64,000 nt of DNA, from the NCBI GenBank assembly GCA_035271065.1, contig DATESB010000132.1:6552-70551 (forward strand). Reading direction: 5' to 3'. This DNA is from Lachnospiraceae bacterium (lineage in GTDB: Bacteria > Bacillota > Clostridia > Lachnospirales > Lachnospiraceae). Shown here piece after piece: positions 1-9,813 of the stretch. The first letter of the stretch is position 1. Every line of letters starts with the position of its first letter. Under the pieces are notes generated by a model. That model saw nothing but the letters and a program-made list of their open reading frames with translations. It was not told the DNA's origin and did no database searches. The translations under genes and the position numbers were made by a program.

Positions 1-293
1 CCCATAAAGATAAGTGAAGGCAAGATTGCCCATTCATCTAACAGGTAAAAATAATGTAGTAAACCACCTACGCCGTTTGTTGATTCTTCTACCGTCATCA
101 TAATATCAGGATAAATATTAACTAACAGCATACCGAAAGCAATCGGACATAATAACAATGGCTCGTACTCTTTTTTAATGGCTAAATAGAGGAATATACA
201 AGCAACAGCAATCATAACATAGTTTCCTACGGATAAACCGAGGAATGCCGTTTGCTCAATTAAATTCCCTAATGTATTTGCTACATATGACAT
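1..293 (-). CDS. Na+-translocating decarboxylase beta subunit (OadB/MmdB/GcdB family), N-terminal part only; gene runs off the left edge
   Basis: Own minus-strand translation from ATG at 293-291 gives MSYVANTLGNLIEQTAFLGLSVGNYVMIAVACIFLYLAIKKEYEPLLLCPIAFGMLLVNIYPD..., a hydrophobic membrane N-terminus. GGAGG SD (rc of 301-305) lies 7 nt upstream. It is the last gene of the carboxyltransferase/OadG/biotin-carrier cluster. Confidence 0.7.
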   Translation of the reverse strand, partial: MSYVANTLGNLIEQTAFLGLSVGNYVMIAVACIFLYLAIKKEYEPLLLCPIAFGMLLVNIYPDIMMTVEESTNGVGGLLHYFYLLDEWAILPSLIFM

Positions 294-332
294 TTTATGA
301 CCTCCATGTTATTTTCTACTGCAATAGTATGC

Positions 333-716
333 TTATTTCAGTGTTGCCAAAAGTGCGCCTGCCTCTACTGCATCACCAACTGCGCAGTCAATGCTTGCAA
401 CAGTACCATCTGCTGGTGCAACAACCGGAATCTCCATCTTCATTGCTTCCAGAATAATAACTGTATCGCCTGACTTAACTGCCTGACCTACACTTGCTTC
501 AATCTTGAATATCTTTCCTGCTGCGCCTGCTTCAATCTTTACAGAACCTGCGCCTGCACTTGCTGCCTTAGGTGCTGCTGCAGGTGCTGCCTTGGGTGCT
601 GCCACAGGTGCTGCTGCGGGAGCTGCTACAGGTGCAGAAGCTACTGCTGCGCCTGATCCTTCTTCTACTGTTACATCATATACGTTGCCGTTAACGGTAA
701 TGGTATAATTTTTCAT
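333..716 (-). CDS. Biotin carboxyl carrier subunit of the decarboxylase (biotinyl domain with Ala/Pro linker)
   Basis: EAMKMEIPV biotinylation motif and a long AAPAAAPVAAPKAAP linker. Start moved to MKNYTITV (716) because AGGAGG lies just upstream; the ORF track start at 752 is less likely. Confidence 0.9.
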   Translation of the reverse strand: MKNYTITVNGNVYDVTVEEGSGAAVASAPVAAPAAAPVAAPKAAPAAAPKAASAGAGSVKIEAGAAGKIFKIEASVGQAVKSGDTVIILEAMKMEIPVVAPADGTVASIDCAVGDAVEAGALLATLK

Positions 717-736
717 CTTATTCTTCCTCCTATTGG

Positions 737-1540
737 TTAGGCTCTCTGCCATTTATTCGTTTTTACTCTTTTAATACTTCTTACCACAAATCCGTCCGTA
801 GACGCGCCTGCAGTACCTGATGCTGCAATAGCTGCCGTAATAACCGCAACCAACTCAGTATCGTCTGTCAATTCTTCTTTTTCGATAATCTGTGCAATCG
901 TATTATCTACTGCTTCCGCTGCCATACTGCTCTTTTTCTTCTTTTTGTTGTCGAAGTAAGCTTGAGCTTTAGGAATGAAACCAAAGCAACTGATAATCAA
1001 GGAAATCAATATCAGAACCACAAATACAGTTCCCATACCAAGCAGTGTGTTAAGTCCTGCTTTTTCCATCTTCTCGGCAAATGTATACTCAACATTTGTC
1101 GTAACCGATTCAAGTGTCATGTACAAATCATCTTTATAGATGAATTCAATCTTTGCAGGTTTCTTAGAACCTGTAACTGATACAACAACCTCTACCTTTT
1201 TGCCATCGTATTCCATCTCATATCCGTCAACACTGACTAATGTACCCAAGTCCTCTTGTGCCGAATTCCATGATTCAAACGAACCAATCATTCCGTTGCC
1301 GTCAACCTTCATGGAAAAAGCGCTTTCGAATACATATTCCGCATATTCCGCGCCGGCTTCCTTGAACTGTTGTACACTGGCCGCATCCATTTGACTGAAT
1401 ACGTTCTGAATGACTTGAGCCGACATAGACTGAACCGCCTGCTCACGCTCAGGACTTAAGGTCTTAACTTCTTTGCTGCCACATGCCGTCAAAGAGAAAA
1501 CACAGGCAATCAAACATAATACTAAATTTAGTTTCTTCAT
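737..1540 (-). CDS. OadG/MmdD-like decarboxylase small membrane subunit fused to an N-terminal lipoprotein domain
   Basis: Signal peptide plus lipobox (LTAC) from MKKLNLVLCLIACVFSLTAC. About 150 aa of soluble domain precede one TM (GMGTVFVVLILISLIISCFGFI). The tail ELVAVITAAIAA...VVRSIKR is typical of OadG-family subunits. The gene sits between the alpha and biotin-carrier genes. Confidence 0.7.
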   Translation of the reverse strand: MKKLNLVLCLIACVFSLTACGSKEVKTLSPEREQAVQSMSAQVIQNVFSQMDAASVQQFKEAGAEYAEYVFESAFSMKVDGNGMIGSFESWNSAQEDLGTLVSVDGYEMEYDGKKVEVVVSVTGSKKPAKIEFIYKDDLYMTLESVTTNVEYTFAEKMEKAGLNTLLGMGTVFVVLILISLIISCFGFIPKAQAYFDNKKKKKSSMAAEAVDNTIAQIIEKEELTDDTELVAVITAAIAASGTAGASTDGFVVRSIKRVKTNKWQRA

Positions 1541-1557
1541 ATTAAGTATCACCTTTC

Positions 1558-2946
1558 CTAAACTGTTCCGTGTTTTTTACTTGGACGATCTTCTCTCTTT
1601 GTGAATAACATTTCAAAAGCACCGATGACATATTTTCTTGTATCAGCTGCCTGAATAATCTGATCCACATAACCTCTCTTAGCTGCTGCAACTGCACTAG
1701 CCTGCAACTCAGCATATTCCTTTGCCTTTTCATCAATCACATCTGCGCCCTTGCCGTCATACATAATCTTTGCTGCAAATGTTGCGTCCATCATACCGAT
1801 AGATGCTGTATCCCATGCAAATGTCATGTCTGCGCCGATTGCCTTTGAATTCATAGCAACATATGCACTGCCAAATGCCTGTCCGATGATTACATTTACC
1901 TTCGGAACGGTTGCATTTGCAAATGCGTAAGTCAACTTCGCAACTGCCTTTGCAATGTTCTTTTCTGAACACATTGTTGCTTCGTATCCTTTTACATTGG
2001 TTAATGATAATACCGGAATATCAAATGCATCACAGAATTCAACGAACTCAGCAGCTTTAAAGCAGCCCTTCGGTGATAATTCTGTTGCATTGTTAGCTAC
2101 TGCACCGATTGTTACACCGTTTAATTTGATAAAGCCTGTTACCATATCCTTTGCATACTCAGGTTTCATCTCAAAGAAAAACTGATTGTCTGCAATTCTT
2201 GACAAAGCAACGGTTGTATCAGATACACAGTTTGCCAAATCATCACACAGACGATTTAAATCATCCGTACATTCATCAAATGAACCGTTCTCTTCATTAT
2301 TAGAAGGTAACATGGTTACTAATTGTCTGATTTGACCCAAGATAGCAGCTTCGTCTCCGATAACATCTACATTACCTGCAGCTGTACTCTGGAATTCAGC
2401 AGATGCGCTGTCGCATTTGCTTACTTCATTTCCGTCAATTGCATTGGGAGCATTTACAAATAATTTGGCATTCTTTGCTTCCATAAATGTAAAGTCTGTC
2501 AATGTTGGGAACATAGCCAAGCCACCACCGCAATTGCCGAAGATTGCTGTAATCTGCGGAATAACGCCTGATGCAAGTGCTTGTCTCTTATAGATCTTAC
2601 CGAATGCATTCAAAGCATCTGTTGCTTCCTGCAATCTCAGTCCGGCAGAATCAAGCAAACCGATGACCGGTGCGCCCATCTTCAAAGCCATGTTGTAAAG
2701 ACCTACGATTTTGTTGGCATGCATTTCACCCACTGAGCCGTTCATAACTGAAGCATCCTGGCTGTATACATATACCAGATTACCGTCAATCAATCCGTAA
2801 CCGGTGATAACACCGTCGGCCGGAGTGTCTTTTGGTTCCATGTTGAAGTCAGTTGCTCTTGCTGTTACAAGACCGCCGATCTCAACAAAACTGTTTTCAT
2901 CGAGTAAAGATGCAATTCTTTGACTCGCTTGAGAAGTGTTACTCAT
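1558..2946 (-). CDS. Carboxyltransferase alpha subunit of a methylmalonyl-/glutaconyl-CoA-type decarboxylase
   Basis: 462-aa carboxyl transferase domain protein. GGAGGG SD upstream. First gene of the alpha/OadG-like/biotin-carrier/beta operon. Confidence 0.88.
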   Translation of the reverse strand: MSNTSQASQRIASLLDENSFVEIGGLVTARATDFNMEPKDTPADGVITGYGLIDGNLVYVYSQDASVMNGSVGEMHANKIVGLYNMALKMGAPVIGLLDSAGLRLQEATDALNAFGKIYKRQALASGVIPQITAIFGNCGGGLAMFPTLTDFTFMEAKNAKLFVNAPNAIDGNEVSKCDSASAEFQSTAAGNVDVIGDEAAILGQIRQLVTMLPSNNEENGSFDECTDDLNRLCDDLANCVSDTTVALSRIADNQFFFEMKPEYAKDMVTGFIKLNGVTIGAVANNATELSPKGCFKAAEFVEFCDAFDIPVLSLTNVKGYEATMCSEKNIAKAVAKLTYAFANATVPKVNVIIGQAFGSAYVAMNSKAIGADMTFAWDTASIGMMDATFAAKIMYDGKGADVIDEKAKEYAELQASAVAAAKRGYVDQIIQAADTRKYVIGAFEMLFTKREDRPSKKHGTV

Positions 2947-3079
2947 TTTGTTTGGCCCTCCATTTTATATAAAAATTTGTTTGAACTATTAATCGCGAAT
3001 ATGCCTAAAAAAGCCCAAATTCGCACATCTTTGATTATAGCACATCTCCCTCTCAAAAGGCAAACAATTTATGCTTCTT

Positions 3080-4414
3080 CTATGCAAGATAACCGGAAAA
3101 CAAAAAAAATCTTAGCACCGCCTTAGCACACCATTCAAAGTCAATTGCTTTTACACTGCCCGTGAGTATTACATCTTCTTCTCGCCATACATTTTCTCCA
3201 ATCATATATTTAATACTTCCAACCTTTTCACCCTTGTGTACCGGTGCTCCTGTCTCCTTTACAACCCCATAAATCACACTGATTTCCTCATCCAGCCTAA
3301 GCAGTAGTCCGTCTTCTGTCTTCGGATGAGTATCTGCTCCATCTGAATCATTTACGTTTTCCTGCTCTTGCAGTTCCACACTTGCATATGCGGCTCCGCC
3401 AATTCTGTCAGTCTGACCATTGATAACTGCTATTGGTTTCAATTCTTCCTCGTCTATCCTGATTTCGTCAAAACTTTGATAACAGAAGTTTTCAAGTCCA
3501 TAATTCATTAACTTCTTGGTATCGCTCCATTTATATGACTTGTTATTCGGCCAGCCACATGCCAAAAGTGCAACTGTATAGGTTCTGTTGTCGCGCTCCA
3601 ATGCTCCGACATAACAATATCCGGCATCATTGGTAAAACCCGTCTTTCCGGATAATGCGCCTTCCATCATACCAAGAAAGGAATTGTGATTGTGGCATGA
3701 AAAAGAACGATTTCCGTTTGTCACGGTACCGTCCTCTTTTGTAATCTTGTTATTAAAATTATAATCTGCCCTTCTTGTAATCATCAGGAATTCTTCACTC
3801 TTTGGAGATCCCTTAATACAATATGCCATAACACGCGCCAAGTCTGCTGCTGTCATGGAATGCACATTTGTATCTGTGGCATCCAATCCATTCGGCGTTA
3901 TATAATATGTATGTTCACAACCGATTTCTTTTGCTTTTTCATTCATCATTTCGGCAAACGCTTCAACGCTCCCTGCCACATGCTCTGCAATTGCTACCGC
4001 AGTATCATTATGCGACTCAAGCATCAAAGAATAGAGTAAATCATTTAACACATACTGTTCCCCACTTCGCATGCCAAGATGTACCTTCGGCATAGATGCT
4101 GCATAATCTGATACCGTAACCAATTCTTCTTGATTGGCCTGCTCCAATGTCACAATACAAGTCATGATTTTCGTTGTACTTGCCATCGGCATCTGTTCAT
4201 AACCGTTTTTTTCATAAAGAACACGCCCGGAATCAGCATCCATAAGGACTGCCGCTCGGGCGTATAAATCATTTTCATTTAATTCAATGATGCTTGTCTT
4301 TGTTTCTGCTTCTGTCTGCGTTTCTGTCTGCATTGCCGTTGTTTGAATTGCTGTTGCCTGAATGACCGCAAAAAGAAGTCCGAGCACAATAAGAATAGTC
4401 TTTGCTTTTTTCAT
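3080..4414 (-). CDS. D-alanyl-D-alanine carboxypeptidase (serine-type, PBP5 family)
   Basis: Signal peptide, SxxK motif (ASTTKIMT), SxN motif (SHND), and a C-terminal PBP5_C-like region. Confidence 0.88.
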   Translation of the reverse strand: MKKAKTILIVLGLLFAVIQATAIQTTAMQTETQTEAETKTSIIELNENDLYARAAVLMDADSGRVLYEKNGYEQMPMASTTKIMTCIVTLEQANQEELVTVSDYAASMPKVHLGMRSGEQYVLNDLLYSLMLESHNDTAVAIAEHVAGSVEAFAEMMNEKAKEIGCEHTYYITPNGLDATDTNVHSMTAADLARVMAYCIKGSPKSEEFLMITRRADYNFNNKITKEDGTVTNGNRSFSCHNHNSFLGMMEGALSGKTGFTNDAGYCYVGALERDNRTYTVALLACGWPNNKSYKWSDTKKLMNYGLENFCYQSFDEIRIDEEELKPIAVINGQTDRIGGAAYASVELQEQENVNDSDGADTHPKTEDGLLLRLDEEISVIYGVVKETGAPVHKGEKVGSIKYMIGENVWREEDVILTGSVKAIDFEWCAKAVLRFFLFSGYLA

Positions 4415-4501
4415 GTTTTCTACCGATGACCTACATGTTCTATCACGTTATTTTATGATGGCAGTCCACGGTTTATTCATGTCGATATCGATATCAAGCA
4501 A

Positions 4502-5185
4502 CTAGATATCCAATCGTAATTGTATCTCATCTTCCGCTTCTTTTTTAAAGTCTTCAAATCGATCCTGCTGTAATATCGGAAGTTCATCCAATGATTTCAC
4601 ACCAAATGCACGCAAAAATTCTTCCGTGGTACCAAACAACAACGGTCTGCCCGGTGCGTCTAAACGTCCAAGTTCCATAATAAGATTATATTCAATTAAC
4701 TTATTTACGGCATGATCGCAACTGACACCACGAATTTTTTCAATCTCAAGTCTCGTAACGGGCTGCTTATATGCAACAATTGATAACGTCTCCAGCAAAG
4801 TATCGGTCAATACATAATTCTTTGGTGCCTTTGTCACCTTAACCAGATGTTCATACATTTCATCCTTGGTACACATCTGAAATGCGCCTTCCAATTCAAT
4901 AATCTTGAGTCCTATTTTGTCATTTTCCTGATACTCTTCCATCATTTTATAAAGAATTCCCTTCGTCTCCTCAGGCTCTCTTCTGACAGACAATGCTAAC
5001 TTCTTTAAATCCACAGAATTACCCATAGAAAACAGAACAGCTTCCAATACTGCCTCCGGATGTTCTACCGGCGGCAATAATTCTTCTGTCTCATCACTGT
5101 CTGCCTCCAACTCATCTTCTAAGGTATCCGGCAACAGTTCATCCATAATCGAATCCAATTCCTGATCAATCTCATGCTTGTCCAT
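4502..5185 (-). CDS. scpB: Segregation and condensation protein B
   Basis: ScpB-like winged-helix repeats (PVTRLEIEKIRGV). Directly abuts scpA. Confidence 0.92.
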   Translation of the reverse strand: MDKHEIDQELDSIMDELLPDTLEDELEADSDETEELLPPVEHPEAVLEAVLFSMGNSVDLKKLALSVRREPEETKGILYKMMEEYQENDKIGLKIIELEGAFQMCTKDEMYEHLVKVTKAPKNYVLTDTLLETLSIVAYKQPVTRLEIEKIRGVSCDHAVNKLIEYNLIMELGRLDAPGRPLLFGTTEEFLRAFGVKSLDELPILQQDRFEDFKKEAEDEIQLRLDI

Positions 5186-5935
5186 TTATGCTGCTTCCTT
5201 TGCCGTAATTGTAATATCATCAAAAATATGTTCCTGTACGATCATAATTCTGCCGGTCTTCATCAACTCCAAAATAACCAAAAACGTAACAACAACTTCC
5301 ATTTTGGAATTCTGTGATTCTAACAGGTTGCGGAAACTAAACGTCTTATGTGCCTTAATATAATCCTCAATATATACTGTTTTCGCTTCCAAATCGATTT
5401 CATCCTTCTCAATTTTACCGAATTGAGAACGTAGTGGGTCAATCTTGTCCTCTTGCTTTTTGATAATTGACTTAAAGATTTGATTTAATTTACCAAGGTC
5501 CATATCCCCTACCAACTCGTCATAATCAATCGGCTGGCTGTAATCTGCAACTTCTTTCGGGAGTGACGGCGCCTTAAATAAAACTCTGAGTGCACCAATC
5601 TGTCTGTCCCTTAATTCAAAAGACATATACTTGTACATCTTATATTCGATTAACTTCTGTACCAGTTCTGCTCTCGGATCCTCTTCCTCGCCGTCTTCAT
5701 TGACTTCCTTCGGCAGAAGCATCTTACATTTAATATCTAAAAGTGTTGCCGCCATAACCAAAAATTCGCTCATCAAATCAAGGTCCTGTGTATCCATTTG
5801 TTTGATATAATCCAAATACTGCTCTGTAATCAACACAATCGGAATATCATAGATATCCACCTTATTCTTGTCAATCAGATGCAAGAGCAAATCAAGCGGT
5901 CCTTCAAAAGTTTGTAATTTGAATGTTAAATCCAT
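5186..5935 (-). CDS. scpA: Segregation and condensation protein A (kleisin)
   Basis: N-terminus FEGPLDLLLHLI is the canonical ScpA signature. Followed by scpB. Confidence 0.93.
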   Translation of the reverse strand: MDLTFKLQTFEGPLDLLLHLIDKNKVDIYDIPIVLITEQYLDYIKQMDTQDLDLMSEFLVMAATLLDIKCKMLLPKEVNEDGEEEDPRAELVQKLIEYKMYKYMSFELRDRQIGALRVLFKAPSLPKEVADYSQPIDYDELVGDMDLGKLNQIFKSIIKKQEDKIDPLRSQFGKIEKDEIDLEAKTVYIEDYIKAHKTFSFRNLLESQNSKMEVVVTFLVILELMKTGRIMIVQEHIFDDITITAKEAA

Positions 5936-5952
5936 ATCTTACCCCTCTTTTA

Positions 5953-6843
5953 TCACCTGTTTGGTGTTTTCTTCAATGTAATACAAATCATCTCTGCCCT
6001 GTTCCAAATCCTTAACGGAATGGTATGCGAGCCAATCCCACGGCTTAATATCATAGTAGAATTCTTTTCATGAAATTCTCCGGCATCATACTTGGGAAAC
6101 AACTTATACTGCGGTGAAATCACACCACCCAAAAGTGGCAACTGCATCACGCCGCCATGGATGTGTCCGGATAAAACTAAATCCGCACCCCATTTTGCAT
6201 AGCCCGGAAATTGATCCGGATTATGTGCCAATAGGATGGAATACTTTTCTTTGTCAATAGTTCCAAGTGTTTTCTGCATATAATCATCCGAAATATGTTT
6301 GGTTATAAAATTGCGATAATAAATATGGTCTAGCATCAATCCGTAAATCACAATCCCTGCATCTTCAAGATAGGCAGTTTCATTTTCCATAATATGAACA
6401 CCGAATTTCGCCAATTCACTTGTTAAATGCGCATATTCTGTCGGAAACTTATCTGTTCTTCGCTTGAATTTTTCTTCATGATTACCGGCTCCGTAATAAA
6501 TCGGATACTTTGCTGCCAATCGTTTAATGAAACCAATGGTTGGCGTATAATCATATTCAACTTCCATGGAAGACGTAACCATATCGCCTGCAAAGACGAC
6601 CGCATCCGGCTTCATTTCATCAATTGCTTCAAGCAACGGCTCGTTATCATTGCCAAATACTTTATTGTGTAAATCAGCCAGAAATACAATCTTAAAAGTG
6701 TCTTTACACAGTTTATCTGAAGAATATTCGTAAAAACTCACACAAAACTCTTTGCTTTCCCTTCGAATCATTGCAATAAACAAGACGATCAGAACAAGCA
6801 AAATGCCCACTATTATACCAATTAACATACATCTTCTCCACAT
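5953..6843 (-). CDS. Membrane-anchored metallophosphoesterase (calcineurin-like)
   Basis: N-terminal TM helix. Metallophosphoesterase motifs DLHN, GDMV, GNHE and GHIHGG. Confidence 0.85.
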   Translation of the reverse strand: MWRRCMLIGIIVGILLVLIVLFIAMIRRESKEFCVSFYEYSSDKLCKDTFKIVFLADLHNKVFGNDNEPLLEAIDEMKPDAVVFAGDMVTSSMEVEYDYTPTIGFIKRLAAKYPIYYGAGNHEEKFKRRTDKFPTEYAHLTSELAKFGVHIMENETAYLEDAGIVIYGLMLDHIYYRNFITKHISDDYMQKTLGTIDKEKYSILLAHNPDQFPGYAKWGADLVLSGHIHGGVMQLPLLGGVISPQYKLFPKYDAGEFHEKNSTMILSRGIGSHTIPLRIWNRAEMICITLKKTPNR

Positions 6844-6919
6844 CTAAATGTACGCATTCGCGACATTCATTCCACAACATATTGTATCATAACATGATTT
6901 GTTTTGCAATTAAATGATG

Positions 6920-6961
6920 AAAAAAAGTAATAAGCAGGAAAGTCTTAAAAATGACTTTCCC
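6920..6961 (-). terminator. Intrinsic terminator after the second DD-carboxypeptidase gene
   Basis: GGAAAGTC / GACTTTCC 8-bp stem (6938-6945 / 6953-6960). On the minus strand a T7 run follows after a short spacer. Confidence 0.6.
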
Positions 6962-6981
6962 ACTTACATCACCCACTAAAT

Positions 6982-8193
6982 TTACACCAATAGATGAAGC
7001 AGTACTTTCTTGATGCAATCTCCATAGCCAGCCTTTTCAATCGTCCTTGCGTACACAAGCGGTATTCTGCCAATTTCACGGTCTGCAATCATATAAACTG
7101 CTTCTCCAGCAATATCACCCTTGTGTACCGGCGCCTGCATACTCTCCTGTACACGAATTTCCTTGGTAATAGCGCTTAAGTTTTCACCTTGGAATGCCAG
7201 ATAACGGAACTCTCCTGTATAAACAATGTCAGCTTCTGCTTCCTTACCGCCCTTAATCGGCTGTTTTGCAATCTGATCCTTATTTTCATCCTCATATAAC
7301 ATGCTGACACCAAATCCATAATTCAGCAGTGAAACCGCATCCCGAAAACGAACCTGATGATCCTCCGCCGCCATAATGACCGCAATTAAATCAATGTTGT
7401 TATGACGAGCCGTTGCAGAAACACAGAATTTTGCCAATGAAGTAGAACCCGTTTTTAGACCTGTGGTATACGCATACTGTTTTACCAGTTTATTGGTATT
7501 GGTCAGTCCAAACTCACTGCTTCCTTTTGCGGTTGTATGTGTGATATTTTCCATCCATATCATCGAATACTCTTCATATTCCGGATATTTTGTAATCAGT
7601 TCCCTTGACATCAATGCCACATCATGTGCTGTGGTCATGTGTCCTTCAACATCCAATCCGTTACAGTTTTTGAAATATGTATTGTCCATTCCAAGCTGTT
7701 TTGCACGCTCATTCATTTTCTTGACAAACTCGTCTTCACTGCCACATATGTATTCTGCCATAGCCACACAGGCATCGTTTGCGCTGGCCACTGCAATGCA
7801 TTTTAACATCGTATTTACAGTCTGTTTCTCAAACGGTTCCAAGAACACCTGTGAGCCGCCCATAGACGCTGCATACTCCGACACAGAAACTTCATCCGTC
7901 AGTTGAATCTTCTTTTCCTTTAATGCATCAAATATCAATATCATAGTCATGATTTTTGTAATACTTGCCGGATGCAATACCTCATTGGCATTCTTCTCAT
8001 ATATAATCGTCCCCGTGGATGCCTCCATTAATATTGCTGAAGGCGCTCCTATGACAATCCCTTGCTCCTCAGTTGCCTGCTCCTCGTTTATCTGTTCCGC
8101 ATTAACCTGTTCGCCTTCAACTTCTTCGGCATACACAACCTTTATTGACGGTAACATGATGCACAATGCAGTCAACGCAGCAATAAAGCCCAT
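6982..8193 (-). CDS. D-alanyl-D-alanine carboxypeptidase (DacF/DacA-like)
   Basis: SxxK motif (ASITKIMT), SAND, KTGST. Start set at MGFIAALTAL (signal peptide) with GAGGAG upstream. The 452-aa track ORF would overlap the upstream terminator and the GGDEF gene. Confidence 0.88.
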   Translation of the reverse strand: MGFIAALTALCIMLPSIKVVYAEEVEGEQVNAEQINEEQATEEQGIVIGAPSAILMEASTGTIIYEKNANEVLHPASITKIMTMILIFDALKEKKIQLTDEVSVSEYAASMGGSQVFLEPFEKQTVNTMLKCIAVASANDACVAMAEYICGSEDEFVKKMNERAKQLGMDNTYFKNCNGLDVEGHMTTAHDVALMSRELITKYPEYEEYSMIWMENITHTTAKGSSEFGLTNTNKLVKQYAYTTGLKTGSTSLAKFCVSATARHNNIDLIAVIMAAEDHQVRFRDAVSLLNYGFGVSMLYEDENKDQIAKQPIKGGKEAEADIVYTGEFRYLAFQGENLSAITKEIRVQESMQAPVHKGDIAGEAVYMIADREIGRIPLVYARTIEKAGYGDCIKKVLLHLLV

Positions 8194-8281
8194 ATATATT
8201 TTTTGTTTTTTCTCCTCATATCCACTATGCCCAATATTATAATTACTAATATTATATTGAGCCCTCAGTACGATTATGTAC

Positions 8282-8309
8282 AAAAAAAGCACACCCCGTA
8301 AGGTATGCT
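8282..8309 (-). terminator. Intrinsic terminator after the GGDEF gene
   Basis: AGCACACC / GGTATGCT stem (one G-U pair) with an A7 run on plus, which is a T7 run on the minus strand. Confidence 0.7.
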
Positions 8310-8329
8310 CCACATTCTGGTTCCGTGCT

Positions 8330-9412
8330 CTATTCTGCAACTACTTGATTTTTGCCATTTCTTTTTCCCATATATAATAACTGGTCAGCCTTCGATACCA
8401 ATTGCTCCAAATCACATCTGCCAAAATGATAATATAATCCAAATGTAATAGTCGTAAACACTTCATCGCCGTTACTCTTAACACTGCTCTCTGCAATCTT
8501 CTGGCGGATTTTCTCCAAACGCACATAAGCCAAATCTTTCGGCATGTTGGGCATTACAATCACTATCTCCTCACCGCCCCAACGACAGACAATATCATTT
8601 TCACGAGTCATGCTCTTAATAATCTTGGACATTTGTACCAGTATAGCATCTCCGATTTCATGTCCAAACGCATCATTAATCTGCTTGAAATCATCAATGT
8701 CACCAATGGCAACACAACACGAAAATTCTCCTTCCGCTTCATATTGCATATATTCAAATTGATTGTATAAACTTCTTCTGTTGGATAAACCGGTTAAAAA
8801 ATCCTCCTGTGCAAGCTCCTCAAGTTCTTCATTATCTTTTGACAGAAGTGTACGATAAAGCAGATTGGAATTGTTTACCGCTTTCGCCAATATGAACATT
8901 CCGACAAAGAAAATCATAATATTCAAAATACAAGCTATTTGTGTCACAAACTGTGGTACCACATTGACATAGACCGGTTCACAAAAATAGGTGTAAATGC
9001 GCAGCCCTACAAAAAGAACTATTTCAAACACTGCATAGATATCCAAATACTTGACACGATTGATTACCTTGATATAAATGGCGGTAAACAGAAAAATAAT
9101 AAAATACTGAAATCCATAATCCCAGCCAAAGAACACAACTGCCAGTGACATATGTAATAAAATTTCTGCAACTAACGAAAAATAATGTTTATTCGGTGTT
9201 AAATGAAACTTATGAGTGTACAGGTACACATACAGAAACAGACTTCCTATATTAAGCACTACAAACATTGTAATTCCCAAATATAAAAAAGTAATCAAAT
9301 AAATCACATGCATAATCAAGCATATGAGCATCAGCGACTTAAACATCCTGTCCAACACAGTTGCCACCGCAATATTCGCTTTTGCAACACTTTTCTCTTT
9401 GCTATATTCCAT
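8330..9412 (-). CDS. Membrane-bound diguanylate cyclase (multi-TM sensor + GGDEF)
   Basis: About 6 TM helices, then a GGDEF domain with active-site GGEEI (RWGGEEIVIV). No EAL or HD-GYP domain seen. Confidence 0.88.
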   Translation of the reverse strand: MEYSKEKSVAKANIAVATVLDRMFKSLMLICLIMHVIYLITFLYLGITMFVVLNIGSLFLYVYLYTHKFHLTPNKHYFSLVAEILLHMSLAVVFFGWDYGFQYFIIFLFTAIYIKVINRVKYLDIYAVFEIVLFVGLRIYTYFCEPVYVNVVPQFVTQIACILNIMIFFVGMFILAKAVNNSNLLYRTLLSKDNEELEELAQEDFLTGLSNRRSLYNQFEYMQYEAEGEFSCCVAIGDIDDFKQINDAFGHEIGDAILVQMSKIIKSMTRENDIVCRWGGEEIVIVMPNMPKDLAYVRLEKIRQKIAESSVKSNGDEVFTTITFGLYYHFGRCDLEQLVSKADQLLYMGKRNGKNQVVAE

Positions 9413-9470
9413 ATTTCACCTGTAGGTTTTGTCTAAAAAGTCCTTGGCAACATGACCAAGGACTTCCGAA

Positions 9471-9647
9471 TTAGTTAAATTTTCTCTTTCTTGCTGCTTC
9501 AGATTTCTTCTTACGTCTTACGCTGGGCTTCTCATAATGTTCTCTCTTGCGGATTTCCTGCTGGATACCTGCCTTAGCACAGTTTCTTTTAAAACGACGT
9601 AAAGCGCTATCTAAAGTCTCATTATCTTTTACGATTACATTTGACAT
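9471..9647 (-). CDS. rpsU: 30S ribosomal protein S21
   Basis: Own translation gives [58 protein letters not shown] (58 aa, below the ORF-track cutoff). This is the canonical bS21 sequence pattern. Confidence 0.93.
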   Translation of the reverse strand: MSNVIVKDNETLDSALRRFKRNCAKAGIQQEIRKREHYEKPSVRRKKKSEAARKRKFN

Positions 9648-9768
9648 AGTCTCACACCTAACCTCCCCTCAAGTCCTATATTGTGCATCATACGACCGTT
9701 CGGGTATTTTGCCCTCAGTAACTGAGGTATCTTGAAAAAAATCCTCCAAGATATTTGCACTATATAAG

Positions 9769-9796
9769 ATTATAGCATATATTCCAATTTCGTCAA
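9769..9796 (-). promoter_or_regulatory. Sigma-A-type promoter for rpsU
   Basis: On the minus strand: TTGACG, 16 nt, then TGCTATAAT (extended -10). About 120 nt upstream of the rpsU start. Confidence 0.6.
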
Positions 9797-9813
9797 CAGT
9801 TTTTCGGAAAATT

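Noticed and set aside
505-708. 67-aa Ala/Gly/Pro-rich plus-strand ORF
   Set aside because: It is the antisense mirror of the Ala/Pro linker of the biotin carrier gene. GC-rich low-complexity DNA stays open in several frames, and no SD is present.
6982-8340. 452-aa version of the second DD-carboxypeptidase starting at 8340
   Set aside because: The extra 49 codons run across the terminator of the upstream GGDEF gene and overlap its stop. A signal-peptide start with a GAGGAG SD exists at 8193.
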